Source: Macrostomum hystrix
Lineage: Eukaryota > Animalia > Platyhelminthes
Direction: 5' to 3'
NCBI GenBank assembly: GCA_950097015.1
Contig: CATNEN010000038.1
Span: forward strand, 14,818,001-14,882,000
Length of the DNA: 64,000 nt
The notes below the pieces were generated by a model. The model was given only the letters and a program-made list of their open reading frames with translations, had not been told where the DNA came from and did not search any database. Every line of letters begins with the position of its first letter. Position 1 is the stretch's first letter. Shown here in pieces: positions 38,520 through 48,101 of the stretch. Made by a program: the position numbers and the translations under genes.

Positions 38520-39518
38520 TTATATACCATCAGACCGCAGACGAAAATGAAGCACGACAACTACATGCGCCTCCGAATGAAAATTGAATTCCTGTCCACG
38601 CTGATCCGAAAGGCGAATACCAATCTCACTTATTCGCTGACGATTGGTTTTTAGGTAATATGACTTTTGGAATGTGCTGCTTTCGCGAGTAAGTTCGCCG
38701 TCCTTCTTTTGCTGAAGTTCCACTACACGGAGCAATTGGACTGCAGTGCTTCCAACAGCCTGATGTTCGATTATATCGGTATAGCAGTACATGTAAACTG
38801 TTTTTGATGAAATTGGACGAGTCAAATTACTATCCAAGTAGGTCTTTTTGAAACACCACAATCGTCTAGCTCGCCAATATCGGAGCATATGAAATATTGC
38901 ATTATCATCACTAGTACTTATCAGTTCGACATCGTCTGAAACGAGTCGCATTGCCTGGCCAGGAAGAAGAATAAAATAGAATGTAAAAAATTGATCCGAA
39001 GGAATTACCAGAGACTTTACGGAATTCTTAATAAGATCTTTATAATTCCCATCTGCCGGTTGAAAACTTGCGTTTGTAGGCTCCGTTGAAAGGTCAGACG
39101 TTAGAGTCGTTATTATCTTCCAAGAGTTGAACTGATAGGTATCCATAAATGCGGCGGGTAGCTCAATTCCAAGCGCTTTTTCGCCAGCATTGCGCAGAAA
39201 CCATGAAAACCTTTCTATTGATCCAGCAGCTCGCCAAGAAACGTAGGCTTCCAAATCAGCCTCAGCCCAAATACGTTTCCAAATAGGAACAGACGATGCA
39301 AAAATTGGTTCAACATTAACATAGTATGGAACTTCAAATTGTCTTTCTCGATGAGCATTCGGTGTTGTATTTGCTCCACGACAGAGTAACTCTACTAGAG
39401 CAACTTCGTACAAACCAGCTGACAAGTTGAGTGGCTCAGCCAATCTTATTCGAAAATAATTCGGAGAATTATCTGAATAGCTAGTATCGTTCGAAGGTAA
39501 TGTTACGTAGAAGCTCAT
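38520..39518 (-). CDS. Minor capsid/penton protein (single jelly-roll, PX)
   Basis: MSFYVTLPSN..FRIRLAEPLNL..YEVALVEL N-half; MYCYTDIIE.Q.VG....LLRVV..I.IRLSDQ.G..LHFR C-half; likely ATG at 39518. Confidence 0.88.
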   Translation of the reverse strand: MSFYVTLPSNDTSYSDNSPNYFRIRLAEPLNLSAGLYEVALVELLCRGANTTPNAHRERQFEVPYYVNVEPIFASSVPIWKRIWAEADLEAYVSWRAAGSIERFSWFLRNAGEKALGIELPAAFMDTYQFNSWKIITTLTSDLSTEPTNASFQPADGNYKDLIKNSVKSLVIPSDQFFTFYFILLPGQAMRLVSDDVELISTSDDNAIFHMLRYWRARRLWCFKKTYLDSNLTRPISSKTVYMYCYTDIIEHQAVGSTAVQLLRVVELQQKKDGELTRESSTFQKSYYLKTNRQRISEIGIRLSDQRGQEFNFHSEAHVVVVLHFRLRSDGI

Positions 39519-39564
39519 TTTCAAAAATAAGTTTATGCGCGAAAATATTAATCAAGCGTACAAA

Positions 39565-40269
39565 TCAAAAATCGCTTATAGCGTTTGAAACACCAGCTTC
39601 GGAAGAACGTATGTATACAATATGACAATCACCAGGAAAAATACCTGTGCGAAGTCGTAAAAAATCTGGCGTTTTTTGACGCAAATCGATGAACAAATAG
39701 GAGTATGGCTTATTATTTGTTACATCTTCATATACATTTACTAAAAACCGACTATTGCGTGGAAACATTTGCCGAGCTAGATGCTCAACTGATGCACGAT
39801 CTCGAACACTACGAGTTAGGCAAATATAACTAGCTGATAAACTTCGCGTACGCGCCTCAGGATCTGATCGATTAAAGAGGTTCTGACAAATATAAAGACA
39901 CGTGAGTGGTGTATGATGGGCAAGCTTTGTAAACAGGCTAGTAAACTCAGCAGACTTCGTCACTTCACTTTGCAGGTCATCAACGACAACTAGATCGTTT
40001 GGCTTAAACCGAGAAGCCAGTTGAGCTGGAAATCCATTTACGAAATGAACAGGTTCATCTCCAGATTTATTCCAACACTTGATTATTCGTTGCTGATCGT
40101 CGGAAGTTAGGTTTGTACCATGACACCAAAGAAGACGCTGAGGTTTCTTATCAAATAGCTTATCTCGTTCACTTAGCAATCTAAGTGTCCATTCAGTTTT
40201 TCCAGAGTTAGACGGCCCCGCAATAATGAATGTTGAATCGTGAGCCAACTGCATGTTGAAAATTTCCAT
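39565..40269 (-). CDS. FtsK/A32-like DNA packaging ATPase
   Basis: Walker A GPSNSGKT, Walker B LVVVDD, LFTK..HH, ICQNLF, YSYLFIDL. Confidence 0.95.
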   Translation of the reverse strand: MEIFNMQLAHDSTFIIAGPSNSGKTEWTLRLLSERDKLFDKKPQRLLWCHGTNLTSDDQQRIIKCWNKSGDEPVHFVNGFPAQLASRFKPNDLVVVDDLQSEVTKSAEFTSLFTKLAHHTPLTCLYICQNLFNRSDPEARTRSLSASYICLTRSVRDRASVEHLARQMFPRNSRFLVNVYEDVTNNKPYSYLFIDLRQKTPDFLRLRTGIFPGDCHIVYIRSSEAGVSNAISDF

Positions 40270-40271
40270 TT

Positions 40272-40688
40272 CTAAGCACCAAAGCGTTGCTTCACCTGCA
40301 TAACTTTAGTTACAAGTTTGGCAGCTAGTTTCTCACTCCAACTTGTGGACGGATCGTTAGCAATTTCACGTGCTCCTGATTCTAGCACCTGGTCAGCCTT
40401 TAATCTTTCTTGAACGTCAGAATGTTGATCGTACGCTATGTCGTGAAGCATGCACAGATTATCAAGTCTATTTTTACCTCGTTGACCCTTTGTAAGTCTC
40501 TCTTGTAACTTCGTTCCTGGACCGCAAAACTGATATCCGCCAGGTAAATGTGCCTCAAACGGCAAATGATTGATTAACCAGTTCAGTACGCCGAAACCTC
40601 GCTGCTTCTTAATCGAGTTACTTGATCTCTTGATTTGAAATGATGACTTTCTTAAACTCTTAGCTGATCTTTTCTTACTACGTGCCAT
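40272..40688 (-). CDS. Parvovirus-type phospholipase A2 virion protein
   Basis: HLPGGYQFCGPGT (Ca loop), LDNLCMLHDIAY (HD catalytic), R.KAD; basic leader ending QRGFG. Confidence 0.92.
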   Translation of the reverse strand: MARSKKRSAKSLRKSSFQIKRSSNSIKKQRGFGVLNWLINHLPFEAHLPGGYQFCGPGTKLQERLTKGQRGKNRLDNLCMLHDIAYDQHSDVQERLKADQVLESGAREIANDPSTSWSEKLAAKLVTKVMQVKQRFGA

Positions 40689-40823
40689 TCTGGAGATTTT
40701 AAATTACCAACAAATTCCGAATTAGCTTATAGTGTATTAACAAAAACAAGAAAAAGAACAAGATTAACATCAAGAATATAATAATTGGAGACAAAAATAT
40801 GATTAGTGTCATTATTCGCAGCG

Positions 40824-41282
40824 CTAAAAGTTGTCAGTGCTACCAAACCCACCATACTTGCGCTTGAGTGACGGTTCAGTCATGTGACAGACTGACTCAT
40901 CCTCTAAAACTAAAACAGGTACAATGCTTGCTTTCTCTAAAATTAGTTGAGCAATGCGCAGTCCGGGGTAAAAATTAAAGTCATTTGGACTGTGATTGTA
41001 CAACACAACCATTATTTCGCCCGTGTAATCCGGATCAACTACACCACCTTCAACAGTGATGCCTCTTGTGCTGAGGCTGGAGCGCGTAGCGATTCTCCCG
41101 TAGGTGTCCTTTGGTACTTGAATCGATACGCCTGTTCGAATCGTTAGGCGATCGTAGCCTCCAACACTTCCCTCGACAGCAGCAGTCAGATCATAGCCAA
41201 CTGAGCCTTCAGTTTTGCGAACTGGAACATTAGCTGTTGGCAGAAGAAGCCTCACACGCAGGACGTTGCTATCAGTTGCCAT
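40824..41282 (-). CDS. dut: Trimeric dUTPase
   Basis: All five motifs present: GYDL, RSS, GVVDPDYTG, AQL, RKYGGFGST. Confidence 0.95.
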   Translation of the reverse strand: MATDSNVLRVRLLLPTANVPVRKTEGSVGYDLTAAVEGSVGGYDRLTIRTGVSIQVPKDTYGRIATRSSLSTRGITVEGGVVDPDYTGEIMVVLYNHSPNDFNFYPGLRIAQLILEKASIVPVLVLEDESVCHMTEPSLKRKYGGFGSTDNF

Positions 41283-41622
41283 TGCAGAACTTTAGAGCTG
41301 AGGGGAAAATGGTTGTTAGCGTTTTACAAAGTAGTATAACTAAATCCTGATTATAATCTATTTATTATCTCCAAAAACTTGCTAGTGATTGTGATATACC
41401 TAAGCTAAGTACTACAAAAATTAACTAAAGATAAATACACAAACTTGGATTATATAAATACTTATAATGTCACCAATATAATTACAACATTCAAATGTAA
41501 TCATAATTTGATCAATGTCTATATTGACAAGAATGAAATACAAATCACAAAAAGGAAAAATCATTTGATATGATTAAAGCGAAAGTCAACATTGGGTGAT
41601 GTAATTACAGCAATCAATATAA

Positions 41623-44600
41623 TTACAAACGCCAATGACCAAATGGCAGCGAACTATAGTCGTTAATCCACGCGCGCTTAGTATCAAAAAAACTCAAGGC
41701 CAATTTGCGTTGCTGCAGTAGAAACACGCGTTGTTTGCGGGATCTGATGCTTTGCATTCGTGCAAACATGACTTGGCGCTTGTGTAGAACTCTTAGATAA
41801 TCTGTGTGGCGAATGTTTTGAGCAACAGTTTTGCAGACACCCTTACATCGCGAAATTTGTGTAATACTCTCGCCAGTAACCAAGAAGGAATAGTTCTTTG
41901 GTCGAAGAAAAGCTAGCTCCAAAGGCACACGTCCCTTGAACTCATCCTTCCAGGCTAGCAGTCTACCCTTGTTGACTGTAGAGTATAACGGATGCGATGG
42001 TGGATAGTTGCTAGTATCCAAGAGACCTTGTTCAGCCAAGTCTTTAAACAGCGTCTCGTACGGTGTCTCATTGTTTCGTCGCATTACAAGTGCTAACATT
42101 AGACTATCCGTATCACCGCCGAGAACGCGCGCACTGGCTAGTGATCGATGCGATTGAACATGGTTGTAAAAAAACTCATAAACTAGAGTTTTTGCAATGT
42201 CCAAAATTGCAGCTCCTATAATAATTGGCTTGTCCAACATTACACGCTTTGATGCAAGGGAGACTCCAGCAAGGCTTTCTGTATAAACAATAGCATCCAG
42301 AAAGTTGGCGCTTCCAATATAGCACTCAAACCGTTCTGCAAGTGAACACATTCTGTAAATGAGACGATCGCGAACTCGTTGCAGAAACTTGCCAAAGAGA
42401 GCATTATTTAGCAGCTTGAAAAACTCTCTCTCAAACTCTGTCTTAGCTGCTTTTCGTTGATCAATATTGCGCTCAATGTAGGTTTTTAAAATGGCCAGCT
42501 CGGTAAAGCGAATCACACGATGAACACGCGTCACGCGCATACCTAACTCTAGGTAAAATCTAAGAGCTCGATGGTGGACAACATAGTTCAACTTGTGCTG
42601 CACTGATCCAATCAACTTTCGCGTAGGGCTCTTGAATGGTTTTACGTCCTCATAGCATGTTGCATTCTTATATCGCTCAGGATTAAGTTCACGTTGAAGA
42701 CTAAACCAGTCTGCCTTCATCTGATCTGTTAGTCGCTCTTCGGCAATCATTTCGTGTGCAATGGCTAGGGGCAAATCAGCAGTACTGTCATGTAGAAAAT
42801 GCGGATAATACAAATCAACTGTAAGCATGGCTCCTTGGTCCTCTTTGCAATAGTTTACCAACCAGTTCAATAATCGGCTCTTTACAGTCGAATTCTCAAA
42901 ATAGTCTGCCGAAGGACTGTCAAACGGAATCGCTGACAAGTCGCTACGTGACAACCAAGCAAAGTCACCAACTGGCAGCGGTTGAATCATGCAGCTCGAA
43001 TACAATGAGTTAGCATCCAAGTAAGCCAAATAAGTATCTCTAGGCGCATTCTGTCGCATGTTGGAAAAATCTGCTTCAGTCTGATCTAAGATGCTTCTGC
43101 ATTCTTCGACACACGGATTGTTTGCCGTTGTTATGTGTCGTGTTCCAAAGCTGAAACCGCCTCGAATCGAATGCTCAACTTCAGCATACATGCTAGCATC
43201 GGTAAATAATTGAATCGGTCGATCAATCTGTCGCAAACATGCTACCAAGCTAAACATTGGAGCACCCAAAAAGTGACTAGGATCAAGACCATACTCTCGC
43301 TGTGCTGTCTGACGAAAGTTTTCAAAGACATCGCACAAGAGCAAAACATCAAGTTGAAGATAGGCGGTTGTATAATCTCTAAGGTTTTTACAGTCAAACT
43401 CGAACCATGCTGCATGAGCTCGCTCATAGTCCACATCTAAACAATCTGACATCGTAAGCTTGTTGAAAAAGCATGCCTTGGGTGGAAGACTTGTCACACT
43501 ATCCAGCTTTTCCTCACAGTCTAGAAACGAATAGGGATAGACACCCTTTTGACGAAGAGTTGAAAACTTCAACCTCGGGTATGCATTCATTAGTTCTCGT
43601 GTGTGTACCAGCTGTTCTGGAAGAAGACGATCTGCCAATGTTGACAAGCTTGTTGACAAGTAGGCAAACGTGTCTTTGAAGCAAATTTCAAACTTGTGAG
43701 TCTGATCAGCAGCCTTTACACGAAACTTGAGTGAAAATGTCTTGAATCGCTCGCGATTCTCCGGTAGCACATGAAGTTGAACCTTGGATCCAGAAAAAAC
43801 TTCATAAATTTCTCGCACTAGAAACTTGCCATCATACGAGGCTAAGTTATGAAAATAAACAATGAGACGATAGCGCCTAAGAGTCAACTTCCTGTTGCAA
43901 GAGACACACAGCACGCCACGTGGAAGACCTGTCAAGTGACAATGATCAAGTACCTTCTTTTCATCCTCTTCAAATGATTTCTTGCACAATTGACACGCTG
44001 CAATTTCTGCCTTGGACTTGCTTAGATGTAAATACTTGCGCAAAAGTGGAGTGTAGGATTCACTTTGTGTATGTAGACAAATTTCGCTAGCAATCGTTTC
44101 AAGTCGCCGCAAAAATTGTCTAACACAATTCTCACCATTTGGCGGTGTGTAAATCACCTCACACGGTTTCTCTCTGCTCATGCCAACAGCTGCCTTTAGG
44201 CGAGGCGTCAATTTCAGTTCTGGACAAGTTACTAGTCGATAGGCTAAACAAATCGGTTCATGCACCTCAAGCACATTACCCGCCTGATGCTTGTCTGGCG
44301 GCGCGCAAAGACACTCCATATCAGCATACATGACATACAGTGACGGTAGCTGAGCTTCAAAACTCTTGAATTTGACGTGCGCATCCTCTTCTCGTGGCAT
44401 TCTTTCTACTGGCTTATACTTTGTCTCGCGAATCTGTGGTACAACATCTGAAGTCCACTCTTCGATGGCAGTGGACTTTTCATTATTATTATTTACACAA
44501 GAATGCACATTTAAAATATAATCCCAAGAAGTGATGCATGGAAAAGAAACTAGGCAGTCGGAACAAAACCTCCGTTGTTTGCTGCGTGTACTCATTAAAC

Positions 44601-45762
44601 GATTCAAATTCTTGACTGGCATGTAATGTCCAAACGCAAATTGTCCGTAACGCGGTACAAACAAGCAATTGGCAAAATACCTATCACCTTCACTGTTGCT
44701 TCGATGTGAAAAGAAGAGAGTATTAGTCTTTTCTTCATGATTCCAGACAAAGACACGGAGACTAAGCTTAGGATTCTTGCGGCAAAACTTTCTATACGAT
44801 GATTTGGAATGCCTAGCTGGTCCATTTGCGAATCGGCCAAAGTTGAACTCTCCCTGCCACTGCGCATAGCTCGACTTTTTACTTGGGTTCGTTGTGTAAG
44901 GATGAAACACACTCGCGATAATAGCCCAACGAAAACAATCCAACTGATTAGCTCTGTGCGGCTTCAAGTACAAGACTGCACCAGTCTTTCGGCCAATAGA
45001 AATCGGTACCTTGAAGGCTTGTCGTTTCGGGTCGGATCGGGTCGGTTCGGTTCGGAACGGGTCGCCACGCGCGCGCCCGCCCGCCCGCCCGCCCGCCGCC
45101 CTCGCGGCGGGCCCCCCGCCGGCTCCTCCGCCACCTCCAAGCTCGGTTGAATTGATTAATCGAGCTCTGGTTTTGCGGTAAATGCATAGCATTAGATCAA
45201 GTTGTTCAATGTGCTCAAATTGCCAGTTACTACCGCGTGTTTGGAAGTTGTCAATTTTTGTTACTAGAGTGGAGATTACGCGCGAAAACCAGTCATTGAA
45301 TGCATCTGGTGATAGAGTCAAGTCACTATTTGCCATTGTCGTCTCGTCAAATGTTATTGTTGCCATATTGGTGTTAAAGTAGGCAGAAATTGTTTCGATA
45401 CTCTCACCATCTTCTGACTTTGGACGAGATAACTTCACTTTCAGATGGACACAGGTTCGCAGCATTAGACCGGCTGAACCAATCTTTTCAAAGAGGTTGT
45501 ATATCGGTTCTCGAAGATTGGCAATCAGTTCGCTAGGTAGTCGCTGTTGTTGCTGTGGTCTGAATTCGACAAAGTTGACACGTCCCTTGTGGCTTGATTC
45601 GCGTAGCACAACAGACCAATCATTGGGAGGATTGTTAGTCAGACGGTTAATAGGTGCAGAGAGCAGGTTTTCAGGCGCAAAGCACTCGCCATGCGAGTGT
45701 GCATGCAGTTCCGCCTGACCGCTGAAAACGCGTTGGCAAACATTGCACCTTGCTCGAGGCAT
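41623..45762 (-). CDS. Protein-primed DNA polymerase B with N-terminal Zn finger/terminal protein, OTU-like and EndoVII/HNH modules
   Basis: Exo YADMEC, FHNLASYD; pol YLDANSLY, KLLNNALFGK, GDTDS, CKGV; CQLC...DHCHLTG.PRG..CVSCN (EndoVII); DCFRWA/GHY (OTU-like Cys/His). Confidence 0.96.
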   Translation of the reverse strand: MPRARCNVCQRVFSGQAELHAHSHGECFAPENLLSAPINRLTNNPPNDWSVVLRESSHKGRVNFVEFRPQQQQRLPSELIANLREPIYNLFEKIGSAGLMLRTCVHLKVKLSRPKSEDGESIETISAYFNTNMATITFDETTMANSDLTLSPDAFNDWFSRVISTLVTKIDNFQTRGSNWQFEHIEQLDLMLCIYRKTRARLINSTELGGGGGAGGGPAARAAGGRAGGRARGDPFRTEPTRSDPKRQAFKVPISIGRKTGAVLYLKPHRANQLDCFRWAIIASVFHPYTTNPSKKSSYAQWQGEFNFGRFANGPARHSKSSYRKFCRKNPKLSLRVFVWNHEEKTNTLFFSHRSNSEGDRYFANCLFVPRYGQFAFGHYMPVKNLNRLMSTRSKQRRFCSDCLVSFPCITSWDYILNVHSCVNNNNEKSTAIEEWTSDVVPQIRETKYKPVERMPREEDAHVKFKSFEAQLPSLYVMYADMECLCAPPDKHQAGNVLEVHEPICLAYRLVTCPELKLTPRLKAAVGMSREKPCEVIYTPPNGENCVRQFLRRLETIASEICLHTQSESYTPLLRKYLHLSKSKAEIAACQLCKKSFEEDEKKVLDHCHLTGLPRGVLCVSCNRKLTLRRYRLIVYFHNLASYDGKFLVREIYEVFSGSKVQLHVLPENRERFKTFSLKFRVKAADQTHKFEICFKDTFAYLSTSLSTLADRLLPEQLVHTRELMNAYPRLKFSTLRQKGVYPYSFLDCEEKLDSVTSLPPKACFFNKLTMSDCLDVDYERAHAAWFEFDCKNLRDYTTAYLQLDVLLLCDVFENFRQTAQREYGLDPSHFLGAPMFSLVACLRQIDRPIQLFTDASMYAEVEHSIRGGFSFGTRHITTANNPCVEECRSILDQTEADFSNMRQNAPRDTYLAYLDANSLYSSCMIQPLPVGDFAWLSRSDLSAIPFDSPSADYFENSTVKSRLLNWLVNYCKEDQGAMLTVDLYYPHFLHDSTADLPLAIAHEMIAEERLTDQMKADWFSLQRELNPERYKNATCYEDVKPFKSPTRKLIGSVQHKLNYVVHHRALRFYLELGMRVTRVHRVIRFTELAILKTYIERNIDQRKAAKTEFEREFFKLLNNALFGKFLQRVRDRLIYRMCSLAERFECYIGSANFLDAIVYTESLAGVSLASKRVMLDKPIIIGAAILDIAKTLVYEFFYNHVQSHRSLASARVLGGDTDSLMLALVMRRNNETPYETLFKDLAEQGLLDTSNYPPSHPLYSTVNKGRLLAWKDEFKGRVPLELAFLRPKNYSFLVTGESITQISRCKGVCKTVAQNIRHTDYLRVLHKRQVMFARMQSIRSRKQRVFLLQQRKLALSFFDTKRAWINDYSSLPFGHWRL

Positions 45763-45961
45763 TTGATCATTATGGCTGTAATTAAATGAGTAGGTTAATA
45801 GTTAATGAGTGAATAGAAAAAAAAAAATTGAAATGTGTAATTGTTTTACAAACTAGGTATAAAAGTTTTTTTAAAAAAAAAAACGAGAGGAAGGATAATA
45901 GATACTTTGTTTTTAAATGAAAGAAATATTGTTGGTTTAAAGGGTTTATTTGATTAACAGA

Positions 45962-46687
45962 TTAACAGATTGATTGCAGCGCGTGTTTAAGAAGACTGAG
46001 CACGAATTGCAAATCTTTTTCTCCTCGTACACCCATAATGACAAATTTTTTTGAAAAAAATATGTTACAAAAAAGCCTAGGATTAGAAATTGATCGAATT
46101 GAAACTGCTTGAGGAAAGTTTTCAACATCGTATGATATTTTATAGTTTGAGTGATGACCGATCATTGATTTTAGCAGCTGAAAACAGTTATTTGGCCAAT
46201 AAAAATCATCAATAAAACCTACATAGGTACTGGTTTGAAGTCTGATTGAGTCGAAATCTATTGCGTAAAGGTTATCATTAATAAAGCGTAAAGCACAAAT
46301 TAATTGCCAATTTGACAAGCAACCAAATATTGAAATTTTGCCACTCGGATAAAACTGAACAGTTAGATTGGAAAAGCACGTCTTTAGCATAGTTGGTCTG
46401 TTTCGAAATAATTTGCAAGCACAACCTTTTGATTGTAAAATTAACTCGATTAGCTTCAAATCGAAATTCTCACATTGGCTAGGATTTAGAAGACTGGCGC
46501 TAAATATTAGGAGAACAAGCCGCTGGAAACAGTAAGGAAGGACTTGTGAAAATGGGCTTTCAGTTTTATCGGCTAATAAAAAAATTGGAATAACCGAGTG
46601 GCGTGCGAAATAATTAAGACCTATACGAGCGTATGGATGGTAAAATAATAAAAATACAAATAATGAAGTTATTCTGCAAAGAGTCAC
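45962..46687 (-). CDS. Divergent TATA-binding-protein (TBP)-like protein; true 5' end probably spliced
   Basis: Two TBP-repeat-like halves: FDLKLI...TVQFYPSGKISIFGC and SYDVENFPQAVSIR...FCNIFFSKKFVIMGVRGEKDL (compare TBP ALIFSSGKMVCTGA and YEPELFPGLIYR..LIFVSGKVVLTGAK); no in-frame ATG before the domain. Confidence 0.7.
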   Translation of the reverse strand: MTLCRITSLFVFLLFYHPYARIGLNYFARHSVIPIFLLADKTESPFSQVLPYCFQRLVLLIFSASLLNPSQCENFDLKLIELILQSKGCACKLFRNRPTMLKTCFSNLTVQFYPSGKISIFGCLSNWQLICALRFINDNLYAIDFDSIRLQTSTYVGFIDDFYWPNNCFQLLKSMIGHHSNYKISYDVENFPQAVSIRSISNPRLFCNIFFSKKFVIMGVRGEKDLQFVLSLLKHALQSIC

Positions 46688-46696
46688 AATAATGAT

Positions 46697-48023
46697 TTAC
46701 TCATCTGAAGACAATGAATCAGTAGAGTCGGAGTCGGTGTCGTCTAAGTTCGACGCCACTCGGTTTCCTTCTTGCGGCGCACTCACCAAAGCCTTGGCTG
46801 GTGGCGATTGAATCCAATCGATATTGTCAGTAGCCGTCTTTGATCGCTTATTTGTCTTGATTGCGGGGCTGGTAACCGGTTTGGAACGTTTCTTCGCAGC
46901 AGGCTTCTTGGTTGGTGATGGGCTTCGAGCGGGAACGTGACCTTTCTGCTTGTTGGCTGGGTTTGGTGAAGCGACTCTGGATGAAGAAGAGCTTCTGTGC
47001 TCACCAATCGCAGTCTTGATATGCTGATGCACTAAACTCAACATGCTGTTATCGGGAGTCGGACGAGTCTCCTTAATCAAAATTATCGAACGCACACACA
47101 AGGTTAACCTCCACGTGATGCTACCTTTCGGAGAGAAAAGACTCACTCCTTGAAGCGAGACTAGATATTTTCCGCTCAAACCCTTGAAGTCGGCCAGTGG
47201 AACTTCGACTCCGTCAGGATTTGCTTCATTCACCATGAAGGTGGCGCACGGGTATGCTGCCTTGATTGTGATCCACTGCTGCTGCCTATTATTCAGCACC
47301 TCTTCATCTGACAATGTCTTCGTTAGTCGCACTAGCGTTCGTGCATCGCCAATTTCACGCAGTTTAGCTTCGAGACCTCTTTCGATAACTCTGGATAAAA
47401 AGAGAGGATTAAAATCCAAGTTAGACGTTGCTTGAGTTTAGGAAAAAATTATTCGCTAGATAAAAAAGCTGCAGCAATTTACAAAATTATAACCTGTACA
47501 CTTGTATGCTGGTTGAATTGAAGGTAAATATTAGTTGTAGGGAGAACAAACTCTAGTTCCATTCAGAGTGGATGCATAATAAACCATTAAATGCATAATT
47601 TAATTTCGTGTCTTAGTTTTGTTGCTTAGACTCTATAATTTGGCTATAAGAACTATGAGGTAGGTTACTATTGACAAATACAAGCTTTATGAGGAAATGT
47701 AAAACACATAATTATACTCACCGAAGGCAGTCGACTAAATCCTGATCACAACACTCCTTTCTAAACGTTATGCCGATGACATCGCGTGAGTCATACTTGC
47801 TAGCTGTCTCGTATTCCGGTCGCTCGGTGATGCCTCGAAGTAGCTCAACTGGACCGGCGGACTGGAAGATGATCGGGCGCCAGCCCTTTGCCTCTGCAAG
47901 ATCTGACTTCCAACCAACCGATCGAAACAGACACGAACCGTTGACTGGCGACTCAATCTCGCCAATGTGGAAGATAGGTCTCATGTTAGGCTTTAGCAGT
48001 GATTCGGCTGCGTAGTAAGACAT
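46697..48023 (-). CDS. Spliced 331-aa protein, join(48023..47722,47390..46697); putative ssDNA-binding protein
   Basis: Donor CG|GTGAGT (47721) and acceptor ctaac..ctctttttatccag|A (47391) are both phase 2 and restore frame; beta-rich core, basic NLS-like linker, acidic tail DDTDSDSTDSLSSDE. Confidence 0.7.
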
Positions 48024-48093
48024 TCTTGCTGCTAGCTGGTGTAGTGATTAGAAAGCCGAGGAGCTTATGAAAAGACCAAAATTTTGAAACTTG

Positions 48094-48101
48094 TATTTAT
48101 A
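48094..48101 (-). promoter_or_regulatory. Canonical TATA box (TATAAATA) upstream of the SSB-like gene
   Basis: ctataaata ~70-78 nt upstream of ATG 48023. Confidence 0.55.
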
